The notes: generated from the letters alone by a model not told the origin. DNA of 64,000 nt from Camelus dromedarius (GCF_036321535.1 NC_087437.1:21888001-21952000); one strand, 5' to 3'. Positions 24,376 to 39,122 are shown, numbered from the stretch's first letter. Numbers and translations are program-made.

Positions 24376-25949
24376 CTGCCAAGAAAAGGGCCAAAAGGAA
24401 AATCATGTCACGAACAGCACGTCTGAAGCCAGTTACTAAGATGAGCAGACAAAAGTCTAAGGCCCAAGACGATGCTCTTTCTTCCCTCAGCTCTGAACTA
24501 AGCCAGGAAAGGTTTTCTGCCATAATGCTTTCCTGATAAAATAGAAGCGTTTGCTAACAAATTCCACACTTCTCTAGGGTACATGATTTTATCCCTAGGA
24601 AGCTTGTCTCAACAAAGCTGTGAAATATTGGCTGTCTCATTAATTGATAAGTCATTGCTGACAAAGACTACCAGTCCTGACTGGACCTTAGCACACATGT
24701 GCAGGTCCTAGAACACTGTGGCACTCAGAGACATCTCTTGGCAGAGAAACATTTGAAATGTCATTCCTCACACTAATACAACAGGACAATCTCGATATAC
24801 AGAATGTTTCTCTGAAGTTCAAACTGAAGGGGTGATCTGGCAATTGTGCAGTTAATTTATAGATAATTCACTTTGGGTCCTGAAAAATCTAGACCAACTA
24901 TTGATTATGTTAACTGAGTAACTGTTGAATCACTTCTTCTCAAAGTCACTGAGTTTTTGTTTGTTTTCCAGGAGAAAATTTTATATACCAGGCAGCCTTG
25001 AGACACCACACACTGATGAATAAAAGGTGTTTTCACTTTCTCATAAGACTTTCTTCACTATAATTTCCTCTACATAATTCTTATGATTCATCCCTCCCTG
25101 TTTCCTGAATAGGTAGGGGGAAAAAATGGCTACAAAAGCATTTGACAGGATTCTTACAAAAGCCCCATCTCTTTCCCAGTTCACACTATCTTTTAATTTC
25201 TTCATTCAAGTCATAAAGTCTTAATCTGATTTGTTTTATACTCAGTAGTATAACAATTTCAATCTGTAAAAACTTGCAGATAAGAAAGCTCAGTGATTTA
25301 AAACAACAACAACCCACAAGGAACACTGGTTGGTTTACATCCATCTTAAGTAATGGCCTCAGACTCAAGAATCAACAGATGCTTTCACATAACTATGGCT
25401 TCCCCATGTTGGTAAGTTCAGTACCATTAATTTTTTTCTTCCTATGATAAGAAGCGTTTTGGTGCTATCTGCCTTTTTTGCAAACACACTCCAACACAGA
25501 AACACACTCCAACATAGAAACCGTAGTGGAGTAGTCACAGGAAGGGGGATGGTTTGGCTTTGCCATGGTTGCATTCTAATTGCTGGGAGCTCATATTAAT
25601 AGGGTGAGTATCCCAAGCCACAGTCTAAGAAACTGATGTAGAAAATGCAATTTAACTTTTCAACATTCTCACTGAGATATCTGTTGTAGAACATCCTTGG
25701 GTTTTTTCCGTTTGTTTTGTCTTGCTGCATACAATCTCTGTTTATTCCATGATCAGAAAATTCTCAAAATGTGATGTCACATCTGTAACCTTGAATAAAA
25801 AGCAAGCTTTCCATGAGCCACTGAAAAAATCCCCAGCCCCAAAAAACATTCTAAACTAAATTAATTAGGACTGTCCTTGCATGAATAATGACTTTGTGTA
25901 AATGTTTAGATAAACCTAGGGAAGGCAATTCAGCTTAATTCAGCTCATA

Positions 25950-27900
25950 GCAAAAAAGCTATGAGACTCATCCACCCACAGAGTGAGTGTAGATGAAAAA
26001 GGGAAGAGGTCTAAGGATGAGGCTCCAGGGCATTCCAATGTCATCGGGTCTTCAAGATAAGGTCAAACCACCACAAAGGCTGAGTCAGTAAGTTGGAGGC
26101 AACCAAGAAGGGTGTGGTGCCCAGAAGCCAAGGGAAGAGAGTGTGTCAAGGAGGAAAGTCTGGTCAGCTGAGTCAGACGCTGCTGCTGAGTCCAAGCAGA
26201 TGAGGACTGAGAAATGACCACTGGGTTTAGCAACCAGAGGTCACTGGTGGCTCCAATGAGGCTATTCTGGTGGAGCAGTAGGGCAAAGCCTGATAAGAGA
26301 AGGAAGCAGAGAAAATGGAGTGAGAGGGATTGGTGCTAATAAATACAGGCAAACCTGTCAAGGAGTTTTGCTGGAGAGATAAACACAGTGATATGGGGCA
26401 ACTGTAATATGGGTGTTTGCATGTCAGTGGGAATGATTCTGTAGAGGGAGCAAAATTGATGAAGGAAAAGGGAGGGAGAATTGCTGGAGAAATGTCGCTG
26501 GGCAGGCAAGGGGAGATGTGATCCAAGACACAGACGGAGGGGCGGTTGTAGACAGGATGGTTCTGCCCAGTGAGAGGAAGGCAGGCAGACATTGGACATC
26601 AGGTTGTGAGCACATATGAAATTCTTCTTCTGACTGCTTTGTTTTTCTTAGTAAAATAGGAAACAAGGTCATCAGCAGCAAGAGTGGATGTTGAGAGGAG
26701 CTACTGGGTGTCTGAGAACTGAGAAGGTGTGTGAATGGATGAAGGAAATGCCACAGGGCTGCCATGAGTGCTGAGGGGTTACTGGAAGTAAATAAATTAA
26801 AAGTGAGTCCTTGCTACCACATAACCCAGCAATTCCACCCTTGCCTATTTACTCAGGGGGAAAAAACCCCACAAAAACACTAATACGAAAAGATACATGC
26901 ACTCCAGTGTTCACAGCAGCATTATTTACAGATTCCAAGACATGGAAGCAACCTAAGTGTTCACTGACAGATGACTTGGATAAAGAAGATATGGTGTACA
27001 TATACAATGGAATACTATTCAGTTGTGAAAAAAAGAAGGAAATTCTGCCATTTGCAGCACCATGGATGGACTTGGACGGCATTATGCTTATTGAAATAAG
27101 TCAGAGAAAGACAAATACTGTGTGGTACCACTTTTATGTGGAACTTAAAAAATAAAACAACTAGTGAATATAACAAAATGAAACAGAATCTCAGATACAG
27201 AGAACAGGCTAGTGGTCACGGGTGGGCAGAGGGAAGGGGAGGGGGTAAGATGGGGTAGAGGATTAAGAAGTACAAACTATTCTGTGTAAAATAAATAAGC
27301 CACAAGGATATATTATGCAACACAGGGAATATAGCCAATATTCTATAATAACTATAAATGGAGTGTAACCTTTACAAATTGTGAATCACTATGTGTATAC
27401 CTGTAACTTAGATAATATTATACATCAATTGTGCCTCAATAGAAAGGAACAACAGTGAGTCCTCGCTGCATGGTTGTACCTTTCCCCAGCCACATTCGGC
27501 TCCCTGGGTGGAGGCGCAGGGCTGGTGGAGATGGATTTAAGCAGTGGTGGCTGGGAGGTTGGGGAGGTGGAGCGGTGTTTGCCAACTTAGGACTATGAGG
27601 GGAGAGAGGACGGAGGCAGGGGAATGGCTCCAGTGGTGGACCACGGAATCCCAGCTGGGTTAAGAACAGAAATCAGGACACAGTGGGATGAGGACAGTGA
27701 CAACCTAGTTCGTGGCGGCAGCAAGGATGATGACAATGGAAGTGGGTGTCTGAGGACTGAGGCAGGGTAAGCTCATTGGAGGAGAGGAGGCTAAAAACCC
27801 AAAGGATCATCCACACAGATACTGAGATGACTGTGAATTATGACAAGGAAGCGTGCAGAAGACAGTGACCACAAGCCAGGAGCTACAATTTATAAGAAAT
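25950..27900 (-). mobile_element. L2 relic split by the L1 at 26816-27450
   Basis: Purine-rich L2 antisense motifs (gaagccaagggaagagagtg; gatgaggactgagaaatgacca; gaggtcactggtg). Confidence 0.55.
26816..27450 (+). mobile_element. 5'-truncated L1 (ORF2 C-terminus plus 3' UTR) inserted in an older L2
   Basis: ORF 26811..27155 resembles the L1 ORF2p C-terminus (KDTCTPVFTAALFT..KTWKQPKC). About 17-bp TSD aaaagtgagtccttgct (26799) / aacagtgagtcctcgct (27451). Confidence 0.88.
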
Positions 27901-28775
27901 GAGGAAGACTCTCCTGGAGTCTTCAGATGATTGAAAAAAGGAAGGACACTGGGCATCAGAGTCTTGTTTCATTGGTCATTTCTCAGTTCTCTGACACTAA
28001 GAAATCGTGTTTGTTCGTTCCTGTAGTCAGGCTGCTGAGATGGAATAGGGGCTTGCTTACTCATTCCCCATGGGACAAATCATTCCTTCTCAAACGTTCT
28101 TTATTTGGTCCCAATGCAATGAAAGGTTGAAGCTTCTCTGAGAATAAGATACAAATACGTTGGCGTCGGAAATGGATTACATCACTGTAATTTTGAACAC
28201 AAAGCCCAACAACCCTGACAAAACCTCTTTTGAAGGAAGGTTGCAGGGGAGCTCTGTACCAGCTGTGGGTCTACTGGAACCAGAGACAAGTGCCATCCTG
28301 CACCAAAGGCCAAGGAGAAATTCTACTGCAAGTGAGATGCACTCCGCAGTGAACCCTTTCACTACAGCACACAGCTGCTCTGCATATTTATATGAGGAAC
28401 CAAGATGGTCTGATGCCCCGGGATGTGAACTTTGCTGAGAGTTCCTGGATTATCACTCTAAAGGTCTCTGGAAAGTGTATTCTCTGAAGATGACTTTCCA
28501 CTTGAAGAATCTACAGTAAAATGACCTTGTAGGTAAAGAATCTACAGTCTGTATCCTTGATTTTTCTTTGTTATGAATATTTTAAAAATATAGAAAGATA
28601 CATAGAGTACTGTAACAAACACCTGGGTGCCAACCATCCTGAATTGATTATTGTTAACACTTGTAAACACATTTTTAAAGTCTCCCTTAATGAAGTAAAT
28701 AAATAATTTTAGATAAAATGAGTTTTCCTTTGTCCTCATCCCCAGTCTCACTCGCCCTCCTTTCTCAGAAGCAAG

Positions 28776-28901
28776 TGCTGTCGGAGAACAGATTCTTGCC
28801 TCACGCAGTAAGGAATTCAAGAGTGAGGCGTAGTAAAGTGAAAGCAAGTTTATCTAGAGAGATACACACTCCATAGACAGGAGTGTGGGCTGTCTCAGAA
28901 G

Positions 28902-28975
<74 letters not shown>

Positions 28976-29361
28976 CAGAGACAGACAGAGAGACAGAGAG
29001 AGACAGAGAGAGACAGAGGGGGAGGGGGAGGAAGTGGGGAAGAGGGAGAGGGAGACGGAGACCATGACGTGCGGAGCTGTTAGTTTTCATGGGCTCGGTA
29101 ATTTCAGATGCTACTGAGTAGGAGGATTATTCCAGCTACTTTGGGGAAGGGGCAGAGATTTCCAGGAATTGGGCCCCTGCCCACTTTTGGACCTTTAACG
29201 GTCAGCCTGGGAACTGTCCTGGCGCCTGTGGGTGCACCATGAGGCTCAAGGTCTACTGGAAGTCGAGTCTTCGCCGTCTTAGTTCTGACCCATTTGTCCT
29301 GTCCTCAGCTGCTGCATCCTTCCTTCAGTGGTTGTGCCCTGCTCCCTTCCCTCCTGTCTCA
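28776..29361 (-). mobile_element. ERV1-type solo LTR containing a (GA)n microsatellite
   Basis: TG...CA ends, 4-bp flanks caag/caac, clearly homologous to the copy at 39894-40424. Confidence 0.8.
28904..29060 (+). repeat. (GA)28 microsatellite followed by GA/GACA compound repeat and a G/A-rich tract
   Basis: Read directly: perfect GA repeat at 28904-28959. Confidence 0.97.
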
Positions 29362-32308
29362 CAACCACTACCACAAATTTAGTGTTTTCTTCTGTGTCTG
29401 TTCAAAATACTCTTATATACATAAGTATGTATCCATGCAAAATATATAATTGTGTTTTCGCACCTGTTTTAAAAATTAATGAAAATGGAACAATGCTGTA
29501 CGTATCACTTTACAACCTCAGCATCCTTGAATCTTCTGGGTGAAGAAGAAAAAAAGGGGGAGAAATAAAGAAAAACAACAACAGCAGGGCCTTCACAAGC
29601 TATTCCTTCTGCCTAGATCACTTTGCCATTTCTGTCTTTCTCTCATTCTGGCTTAGGGTCTCAGTCTCAAGGTCACATCTCCCTGGAGGCACTTCTAGAC
29701 CCTCCCACCTCTTTCTTTCAAAATGGGTGCTGCCCAGTTAGCAGCCCACCCCTCGGGTCTGCGAGCGCTGGATGGTTCAACGCACCTACTTGCTCACTCC
29801 CTCTGTTTTCCCTGAAAGATGGAGCTCTAGAAGGCAAGGATCTCTCGTGCCTCGTTCCCTGTTGCACCCCCAGCTTCTAGGCAGTGCGTGGCTCCGCGCA
29901 CAGGTGCATCATAAAGATGTATTAAATGAATGAACCCACCAAGAGCTAAATGGAACGCCAGCTGCTTTGCACAAATCCTGGACAAGGCACCTCTTGGGTT
30001 CTAATAGTTCATATTCCATCCAGAATGCCCCTCTCCTTTCTAGGTCATTCTTTACAAAAGAGAAGATACGTATCTTTGGGGAGACTTTATATTTTAAATC
30101 TCCTGTAAAAGCTAACACTTAATGCAGAAACTCAATCAAGACACTTTTTTGGTAGCAAAATAGACCAGGTTACTGATTTGTGAGATTATATTGACCAGGG
30201 GATCTGTTATCTGCCTGTAGAAAAAGAATTCTGTGTTCACATTTTTCCCTATCAGTGGCCAAGTCCTGTGTGGGCCAAAGCCCAGGACTGCAGCCATGAC
30301 CTCAGCTCACCCCACGGCCCCTGGGATGTGCCTACGGTCACAGGCCAACGTGCCAAATCACTTGATGCCAATGGCAAGGCTGCTGCCAGAGAATGAAAGG
30401 GGAATTGCATTCTAAGCTGCTGGTTTGCATTTTCAGGATACTATGAGCAAACGCAGATAGAAGCCAGCTTCTTTTGTGAGGAGGAGGAGATTTCTGTAGA
30501 AGTGGTAGTGCTCCTTTGTGTCTGCAGCTTTCTGCCCCCAACACATCATTTACTAATTTGAGCAAAACGATCTATTCCTGCAGCCTACCTGATTTTTTTT
30601 AAAGCAATCGTTTTAATCTAAGATCCTCCTCTTCCACAAACAGCCCTTTGGGAAAGCGTGTTCTACGGTGCAGGCCACATTTTATTTACATCAAGTTCAA
30701 GAGGCATGGCAGCTCTGTGTCAGCTCCCCTACACCCCCAAATGTAATCCAGGGAAATTTATGTACAAATTATGCACAAATATTTGGCTACACTTCAAGAT
30801 CTTATTCGTGTATATTTAAATATTCCCCTTTTTAAAGATGGAATCTTAAAAATGTTTGGAAAATAAAACGTACATTTTGATTAAGGGGAATAACATGTGA
30901 TGTTTGGGGAAAAAATTTTTTTGTTGGGGATTTTTACCCAAAAAACCCTTTACACCCTCATGTCTGGAAGGAGGGTGGAAATGCCCAGCGCCTCAAGCCC
31001 AGCCCATCAGCACCCATGGAGATGGGGTGACACTCCCCTGCTGAAAACTGTCCAAAGCTTTCTCATCTCTCCTGGAATAAAATCCTCACTGTACCTATAG
31101 TCACACACTTACGTAGTGTGTATCAGATGTCAGGGATTTTTCTAAGCAATTGACACATATTATTCTATTTAATTACAGCAACCCTATGAAGTTGATATTA
31201 GCCCAGTTTTTCAGTTTACAGGTGAGGAAACTGAGGCACAGAGAGGCTTAAGGCCCTGAAGAATATGGCCCCTGCCTCGCTCTCTGACATCATCTTTCCC
31301 TCTCATGCAATAATCTGGCTGTTCAAGAAGCCTTCCAAGCTGCTTCTCTGTCTCAGGACCTTTGCACAGTCTGGCCCCTCTGCTTGGCACACTCCCCTCC
31401 CTAATCATCTGTCTCCTCTACTTCATCATTTAGATCTTAGCTCAGTGTCACCTTTCCAGAGAGGCCATCCCGAGCCCATCCATTGCTCTAGACCATGGAG
31501 ACCACATCACCATGTTTATTGATTGTTTCTTTATCGATTCCTTATCATCTGGCTCTCCACCAGAATGTTCCATCCAGAGATCAGAGATTGTCCATAGCCA
31601 GTCCAATACCTAGCTATTACAGGAGTTCAAAAAGTAGTTATTGAATAAATGTCTTGGATCCTTTAAATCTTAACTTAAAAGAAAACAGTGCAGACTACGA
31701 CTCCTAGTACTCGCACATACGCTTACACAACAATGTAAACTTACTAACAGGTACGAGGCAAGCAGTAGCAGCACCCCTCTGGGAAGGAAGTGGCCATGAT
31801 GACTTACCTACAGACACCCAGCAAGTCGGGGCAGAGCCTAGGTCTCCTGACCTCTACCCCCGTGTCTCCCATGGCCTGACTCTGGCGGAGGCTGAGTTGC
31901 TGCTCACCACTCTCGTTTACTGTCCCCGGGCATGCAGGAAGTCGACATCTCCTAGCCCGCAATGCAGCTAGGCTGGCACCAGGCGCCCAGGTCCTGGTCA
32001 GTGGGATGGCGGTGGAAGTGATGTGCCCACTTCCAGGCCCAGCCATAAAAGTGCTCTGTGCAATCCTTTTGGAGTTCTGTTTTTGCTCTAAGGAGGCGGC
32101 TCAACAGAGGAAACAGGAAGGTTGTAGGAGATGCCAGAGCCACACAGGAGTTAATGCTCAAAGGAGAGCTGTGCAGGACAGCCACCCAACTGCACTGGAT
32201 TGTGAAGGGAGCAAGAAATAACCGTGTGCTGTCTAAGTCAGGCCCCTGGTATTTGGGGGGTTGTTTGTTTCAGCTCTGCACTTTGGGTTAATTATCCTGA
32301 TTAACAAA

Positions 32309-32441
32309 TGGAGGGGAGCTCAAGTGGTAGAGCGCATGCTTAGCATACACAAGGTCCTGGGTTTAGTCCCCAGTACCTCCTCTAAAAATAAACGGAATAA
32401 GTAAACCTAACTACCTCCCCCCACCTAAATAAATAAATAAA
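32309..32441 (+). mobile_element. tRNA-derived SINE, vic-1-like
   Basis: agctcaagtggtagagcgcatgcttagcat...ccccagtacctcc followed by an A-rich tail. Confidence 0.88.
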
Positions 32442-35400
32442 TTTTTTTTAAAAAATAGAAAGTGACATGTGCCAGTTGTCCTCAACCAGCTGCTCTGTGA
32501 CAAGCAACTCTGAAGACATCTCTGCTGTTTTTTTGGTGTCTATAAGTTCTATACAAATCAGCACTGTAATATGCCCCCCCCCCCAAATCAGACACAGTCT
32601 CAGGCCGCGTGAATAGCAAGAGGGGCGACAGACAACTTGGAGCAATCACAAAAGTGAGCAAATTCAGTAGGCATCACCGAGGTACATGCCGTAAATGAAC
32701 AGCCCCTGCAAAGTCTAACAAGCACCTCGAGCACCACCATCACGACCCCTGACTCCTTTATCTGAGGCTGTCCGCTCAGGGAAGATGGCAGGCGGCAGCC
32801 ATGAGAACTTCTTGAGCTGAGAAGAGAAATGGATTTTCTGACCGAAGACCTGGCTGTGAAATGAACAAGAAGCTGGTCACATGTCTTAAGCCTCAGAGTG
32901 AAGAAGAAGTCAGGGGCAGGTGCCTCTCAGCACTGAGAGCGCTACTGAACTCAAGTCTGCCAAGGGGGAAACGCAGATGGGAAAAAAGTGAAGGAACAAC
33001 AGGGCAGAACCCAGAGCAACAGGAACTCTGAGGGAATCCGAGCAGGACTGCAAGACAGGCAACTGGTCAGAGAGCTGCCGGTTTAGGTTTTGTGGGGGTG
33101 GAGAAATTATAGCCAGGTGTAAATGTAGGTAATCCTTTTCACAGAGGTGCCTCTTCTGGTTTTCCTGTGGCTCAGGGTATCACTAGGTCCCTCCCGTGGG
33201 TGTAGGTGATGACAAATCTGACCACATCATGCATCCATCGTCAACCTTCTTGAGAACCAGAAATTCACTACTAACGTTTTCACCAAACATGAGCTGTCTT
33301 TTTAGCTGTTTGTTCCTCAAGGGGTTTACTGCAAAATAAAACAGACTTACCCTACAATAAAGTTTAAAAAGCACTACCGAACACTAAGATAGATTTATAA
33401 AACAGAGAGCCGTAGATTTATACCGAGCTATAAATAATGCAACCGCCCCAGCAAGAGCACTCAGACTACTTTACAGCACTCCATTTCCAGCATGTATTTC
33501 ACGTACAACGAACCGACACCTGCCATTTTGTCCATCGAACCAGCCAACTGACAGCTCGGTGGCTTCAAGCATCCCACTGGCCACAGCAACAACCACAGCA
33601 CTGGTGCCATGTGGCTTACGGGAGCAGAAGCAGCAAATACTCATCCCCGCCGCCCCAAGACTGGAAGGAGTAGCTGAACATTGTGCCTAATGCCCGAGCT
33701 ACTACATGTGATTGCTGCATGTCCCAAATGCTGTCCTTGGAAGGTCTTAACTGTGTTGGCAAAAGAGAGATGGTTCTCACTAATTGTCTCACATTTAACC
33801 CGTGTTGAAGAGAGAACTCTGGGCACTGCATATGTGTAGAACGCGCTTCTAGAAATGAGCACGGCCGAAGACGAAAACACAAAGGGATGCTCTACCAAAC
33901 TGATCCTGGATTATTTTAAAGCAACTCTTCAGAGTAATATTTCTTTTAAAACAATGAATAATCCATGACAAACGGTAAATCACAAGAGATGCCCTAAATG
34001 ACAGTCACCTATTGGAACTGTCCAGGGCAAATGAGGACACCTGGGCATCCTGGCCTCAGGGCATCTGGGCTCCTCCTCTGAAGTTTGAAGCTGTCCTGTT
34101 AGAAACTATAGGTTGACTACTGAACAGCTGCTGAGTGGATAAAAGGATGAAAGGATAACAGAATGGCTTCCTGTCACCTGCAGAATGAAGTCCAAACTCC
34201 TTAGAATAACGGTGTGTAAGGCCCACCCCTCTGACATTCTGGTCTCATTTTCCCCGTCCCTCACCCCAATCCTTTGTATCTTGGGTTCGAATCTACCCAT
34301 CCTCAAGCACACCAGCCCCTCTCATTCCCCACCTCCAGGAGATCCTGTGTGCATCCCCTGCCTGGAATCCTCCCTCTCTGTCTCAGACTATCTCAGACTA
34401 TAGACTGCCACCCCAATTTCAAAGTCTGGGCCAAATGCACCCTCTCTAAAAACTCACCAGCCTCCCTCTCCTCGACCAATGTGCACACTTCAGGGGGACG
34501 GTACATTCCCCCTTTCCGCTCCCAGGGTCCAAGGTTCTGCTGCTCTCCCCTCTCTTTTGGTAGATCCCACAGCATCTATGGGGCCCACAGAGTCCCACAG
34601 GGTCAGGGGTGTGTTCCCTGCCCCCAGGTGGGCTGTGAACCCTTCACGGGCAGGACTTGGATTCACTGTGTCTGAGTCTGAACCCACCTGCAGCTGGAGG
34701 CCTGGCATCAAAAAAGTGCAGTGAAGATGAGGCTGGAGATGCAGAAGAGTTTTTTATCTTCATGTTAGTCTCAGATCTGTGAATAGTTTGAGGACTTTCT
34801 ATGCCATTTGATTATCTGCTCTGCAAATCAGTAAGTACTCGCTAAACAGCAGCTGCCGGCACAGGGACATACAGCCAGCAACGATTAAACCTCAACTTTG
34901 AGGGTCCATGTGCCCTGGAACCTGGCGGTGCCTCCCTAGGGCAAGTCGGGGCTCCAATGAAGCATGTGAGAGATGGCACCAGAACTTTGTAAAAATGCCC
35001 ATCCCAAACAGCCTGCTTTGTTATAATCACTCAATCTGCATATACTAGATTCTATATTTTTTTAAGTCAGGATATTCATTGCTTTTTCCTAGATGTGTTT
35101 CATGAAAGAAAACTGCAGATAGGTCATAGAAATTAAATCTAGCCAATTTCTTCAAGCCTGCAAAAAAGATGGAAAAAAGTACTTAAGTCATTTCAGGATA
35201 TTTTTTCAGTTCTCCAGAAGTCATCAACAGGAGTTAATCCAGAATGGGATAACATGACTGGTGCAGATTCTTGGAGAAAAAGCGTCTCTCCTCTAAGCCA
35301 CTGGTACATGCTGACAGCTGGGATTAAGAGTACATCTACCAAAATTCATCAAATTGTACGTTTGAAATATGTGTAATTTACTACACAGGAACCATATACC

Positions 35401-35899
35401 ACAATGAAGGTTTAAAAAAAAAAAAGAGTACAGCACATAAAAGCCAGGGTTGCTTTTTTGTTAGCAGGGGGCCTTTTTGTCCTACAGCACCCTTGTTTTC
35501 TTCTTAATGACCTGTGGGTGTAATTTCTTTGAAAGCTTTTACAGGACAGCACTGATTTCTATGTAATGATCTAAAGGAAAAAAAATCTGCTATGAAATTT
35601 TCAAGAAAATACTTTTGTCATGTGTGAAATCTGAGAAATCTGTAATGGCCCAGGAACACAAAATTCTACTATTTTACTAGGAATGAAACAGAAAGCCCTT
35701 CCCTTCTGGGATGAGAGAAGTCACAGGAAGGTAATAAACACATTTCAAGCAGAACAGATGCAAATGTGAGCATCCAATGTTCTCCTGCAGGAATAAGAAG
35801 CAGGGTTCACATGGCCGCCTTAGGTTGTTACAGAAAGAACAAAAATTGCTTTTGAACCTAATTCTTTCATCCCCAAAGTTCAGTTCCATAGTTTATCAT

Positions 35900-38250
35900 T
35901 TAATATAGCACCACAAGGCTTTAATGGAAAATAAAGTCCTGTCTCTCTTCCTATCCCTGATTCCCGCCTCTCAGGGACAACCAATTTTCTGTTTCATCTG
36001 GCATTTAATAAAATGCTTCTTAATAAAATGTTTGTGCTGCTGTATCTTGATTTATCCTTTTAAAACTTTATCTCTTTGCTCACTATTATTGCCTCTGTTC
36101 CTCCACCAAAATTCTGGTTAAATCAATATCCAGGATTTCCATTACTATGACCACATAAATATTACTCACTGTTGAACAAGTTCCATTTCTTGCACAGTTT
36201 TATGTCTTCCCTAGGGCAAATAAATTGCCTTGTTCTTTAAGTTTCCTTTGTCTTCCATTTGCCTGGCACTAAAACCCCTCTGAATAATGGCCTATCAGTT
36301 CCATTTTCTTCTTGGAAACATTGATTCCTGGGCCCTCCAACACTCTGACCTCTCTCTCTCTCTCTCCAGTCTGGCCTGGCCACTCTCAAGGCCTGCTGCA
36401 CAGCTGGTAGGCTGGGACTCTGCTTCACCATCAACTTAGAAAATCCCCACGGGGCTCCTGTATCTTTTTTCTTGCTTGCTTTATTCCCTCATTTTTCTGG
36501 AGCTCATCCTCTTGTAGTTTTCTTACAAGGGGTGTTCAGAGATACAAAGTTTCAGATCTTACATTTCTTAAAAACACCTTTATTCTGTGCTCACATTTGT
36601 CTGCCAGTTTGGCAGGGTATAGAATTGTAGCTTAAAAAGAAATTTCATTAGAATTTTAAAGGCATTGCTCCACTGCCTTCTGGCTTCCAATAGGCTAATG
36701 TTCTTTTTCCCTTTCTATGTAATTTCCCTGCCTCCAGAAGCTTTCTTGTCTAAGTTTAACAAAGATATGCCTTGGTGTTTGTCTTTTTCTATTCATTGTA
36801 CTGAATATGATTTCTTTGATAATTCCATCCCCTTCATATTCTCTGTTCTCTTTTTCTAGAACTCTCCTTGGTCACATCAGGGCTTCCTCGGTCCTCTAAC
36901 TTTCTTATCCTTTTCCTCTAATATTCTATCTCTTCTCCTTTGTTCTATTTTCTGAGTGTCTTCTTCAAATTTATCTCACGGTCCTTCTCAATTTTTTCAT
37001 TTCTACCAAGTTAGTAATTTCCAGGAGTGTTTTTCTTACCTTATTATTTTCTTTTTTTTAGCATCTTGGTTTTATTTTACATGAACAATATCCTTTTTTT
37101 TTTTTAAACAACATCTTTTTTGATCTCTCTGAGGATAACAACATTCATTTTGAAATTTTCGGGGTCAGGGGGTGTATAGCTCAGTGGTAGAGCTTAGCAT
37201 GCATGAGGTCCTGGATGCAATCCTCAGGTACCACCACTAACTATGTATATATATACATACACACATATTTTAAAAATATGCAAATATACACATACACATT
37301 TTGAAATTTTCTTCTACCATCTGCACTGTCTCTGTTTCCTGAGAGTTTCTGGTTTCTGTCTGTTTGGGGGTCCACTCATTCATGTAAGAGGGTTCCTTCA
37401 AATGTCTGGGAACCCTTGATGGTCTATTCATATTCAGAGCTGAGGCGAGGCTGACTGGAAGGTCTGTGGCAGGGCTTATCACCACAGTGTAATTGGGGAC
37501 AGACTGGCTTTTTCGTTGCGCCCTCCAAAAGTCACTGTCTGGAGGTCCTTCCTCTGGGCTGCTCATTTTCTCTAAGATCCTTCAGTGACTTACCCGAGGA
37601 GTAAAGACCTTGCTGCAGCTTGCACAGGAGGAACAGGGGGAAGGTGGATTGGGAAGCCTTCCCCATGCAATATGTAGACTTTAATTACCCAGTTTTCAGT
37701 GCCACACATTGGCCTGGTCCCTTCTGCTGGACCTGCAGTTCTCAAGTCCAGAAGCCCTCTGGTTCCAGAGTAGAAGCCCTGCCATGATGGCAGTGGGGTG
37801 GAGCAACAGGAAAGGGAGGCGGCCCCCTGGCTGCTTGGAATGGAGGAGGGACCCTAGGAGGTTAGCAGCTCTTAAAAGGCTTTCAAATGTAACTCCAGTT
37901 TTTAACCCCTGCTCTGCTTCATCCAAGAAACCTGGTGCCCCCAATTTCTAAGCCTTTCAGGGATTCTGTGGCACAAATCAGCTTGCTTCTGGGTGGCACC
38001 GCTCCCCACCTGCTCTGGCTGACATGATTTCATTCTCTCTCCTTTGCTAATTCAGTTACCACTGACCATCTGCTTTCTTATCTTCCAAAATTGTGTTGGT
38101 ATCTCTCATCTACTGTTCCTTCCATTTCAGTTCCCTTTGTCTTTGTGGATTTACATTTTTTAATTTCCTTACTGTAATTTTGGTGGGGTTTTGAGAGGTG
38201 GCAGAGATAAACACATGTGTTTAATCTACCATGCTTAACCAGAAGTCACT
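35900..38250 (-). mobile_element. Ancient degraded L1-like segment (boundaries approximate)
   Basis: T-rich strand with ggcagggtatagaattgtag and ttgctccactgccttctggcttcc, which also resemble 22350-22430. Confidence 0.45.
37161..37296 (+). mobile_element. tRNA-derived SINE, vic-1-like, with a (TA/CA)-rich tail
   Basis: tatagctcagtggtagag...; 15-bp TSD cattttgaaattttc at 37146-37160 and 37297-37311. Confidence 0.88.
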
Positions 38251-39122
38251 AAGGTGATTTTTATTAAGAAGTAGTAGGAATGATATGACACTATATTCTA
38301 AGATTATTTGTAAGAGTATGTTATGTATACCATTATAAAATTACATAGAAGAGTACATTTGAAAAACAGAAGCCAGATTCTATTAGGCACTTATCAAATA
38401 CCAAGAATTATGCTCGATGCCATGGAGGACTCAAAAGAACTGAAAGACAGCTATATCACCCTTTCCAATGGCTTTATTTATGCTAATGTATGCTGGTACC
38501 ATAATTTACAGAAACAATCACATTATTTTTCTGCCTTTAGTATGTTCTAATTCTTCATTACTGTAAATGAAGCTATAATGATCACAATTATATAAATCGT
38601 TCTGTGTTTAACAGAGTATTTCTGTAGAATGAATTCTTAGAAGTGGATTTGCTGAGTCAAGGAGTATGGGCATTTTAGATCACTATAGAATACATCCAAA
38701 AAAAGCTGAGTTAATTCACCTTCCCAGTTTCACACCCTTAACTCCACTGGTATTGTCAATACCCGCCCATCTGGTAGGCAAAAAACCCGACAGCTCGTTG
38801 TTTTCATTTCACAGTGAGTATCTGCATAGGAAAGCTGGGTTCACGTAAGGTGGCGGAGACAAGAGAGAAGGGGACAGGGAAGAGGAACGTCATGAAAGGT
38901 GATCTGGAGGCTTCAGGCCCTATGGGCACCATCCACATTAGAAAGGCAGTGAGAAGGAGAAAGCTTTTGTGTTATTTTGTTGTAGAGGAAAGAGGGGGAG
39001 GGACAGAGGGTGTAATAAGTTCACTTTCAAGTATGACAAGTTTAGAGGTATATGTTTCAGTATCAAAAGGCAGTTGGAATGACAGTTTGAGGGAGGAAAA
39101 CGGTTTTAAAAGGTGTAGTTCT

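Noticed and set aside
28854..29090. ORFs with RE/RD or LS dipeptide repeats
   Set aside because: They are translations of the (GA)n microsatellite.
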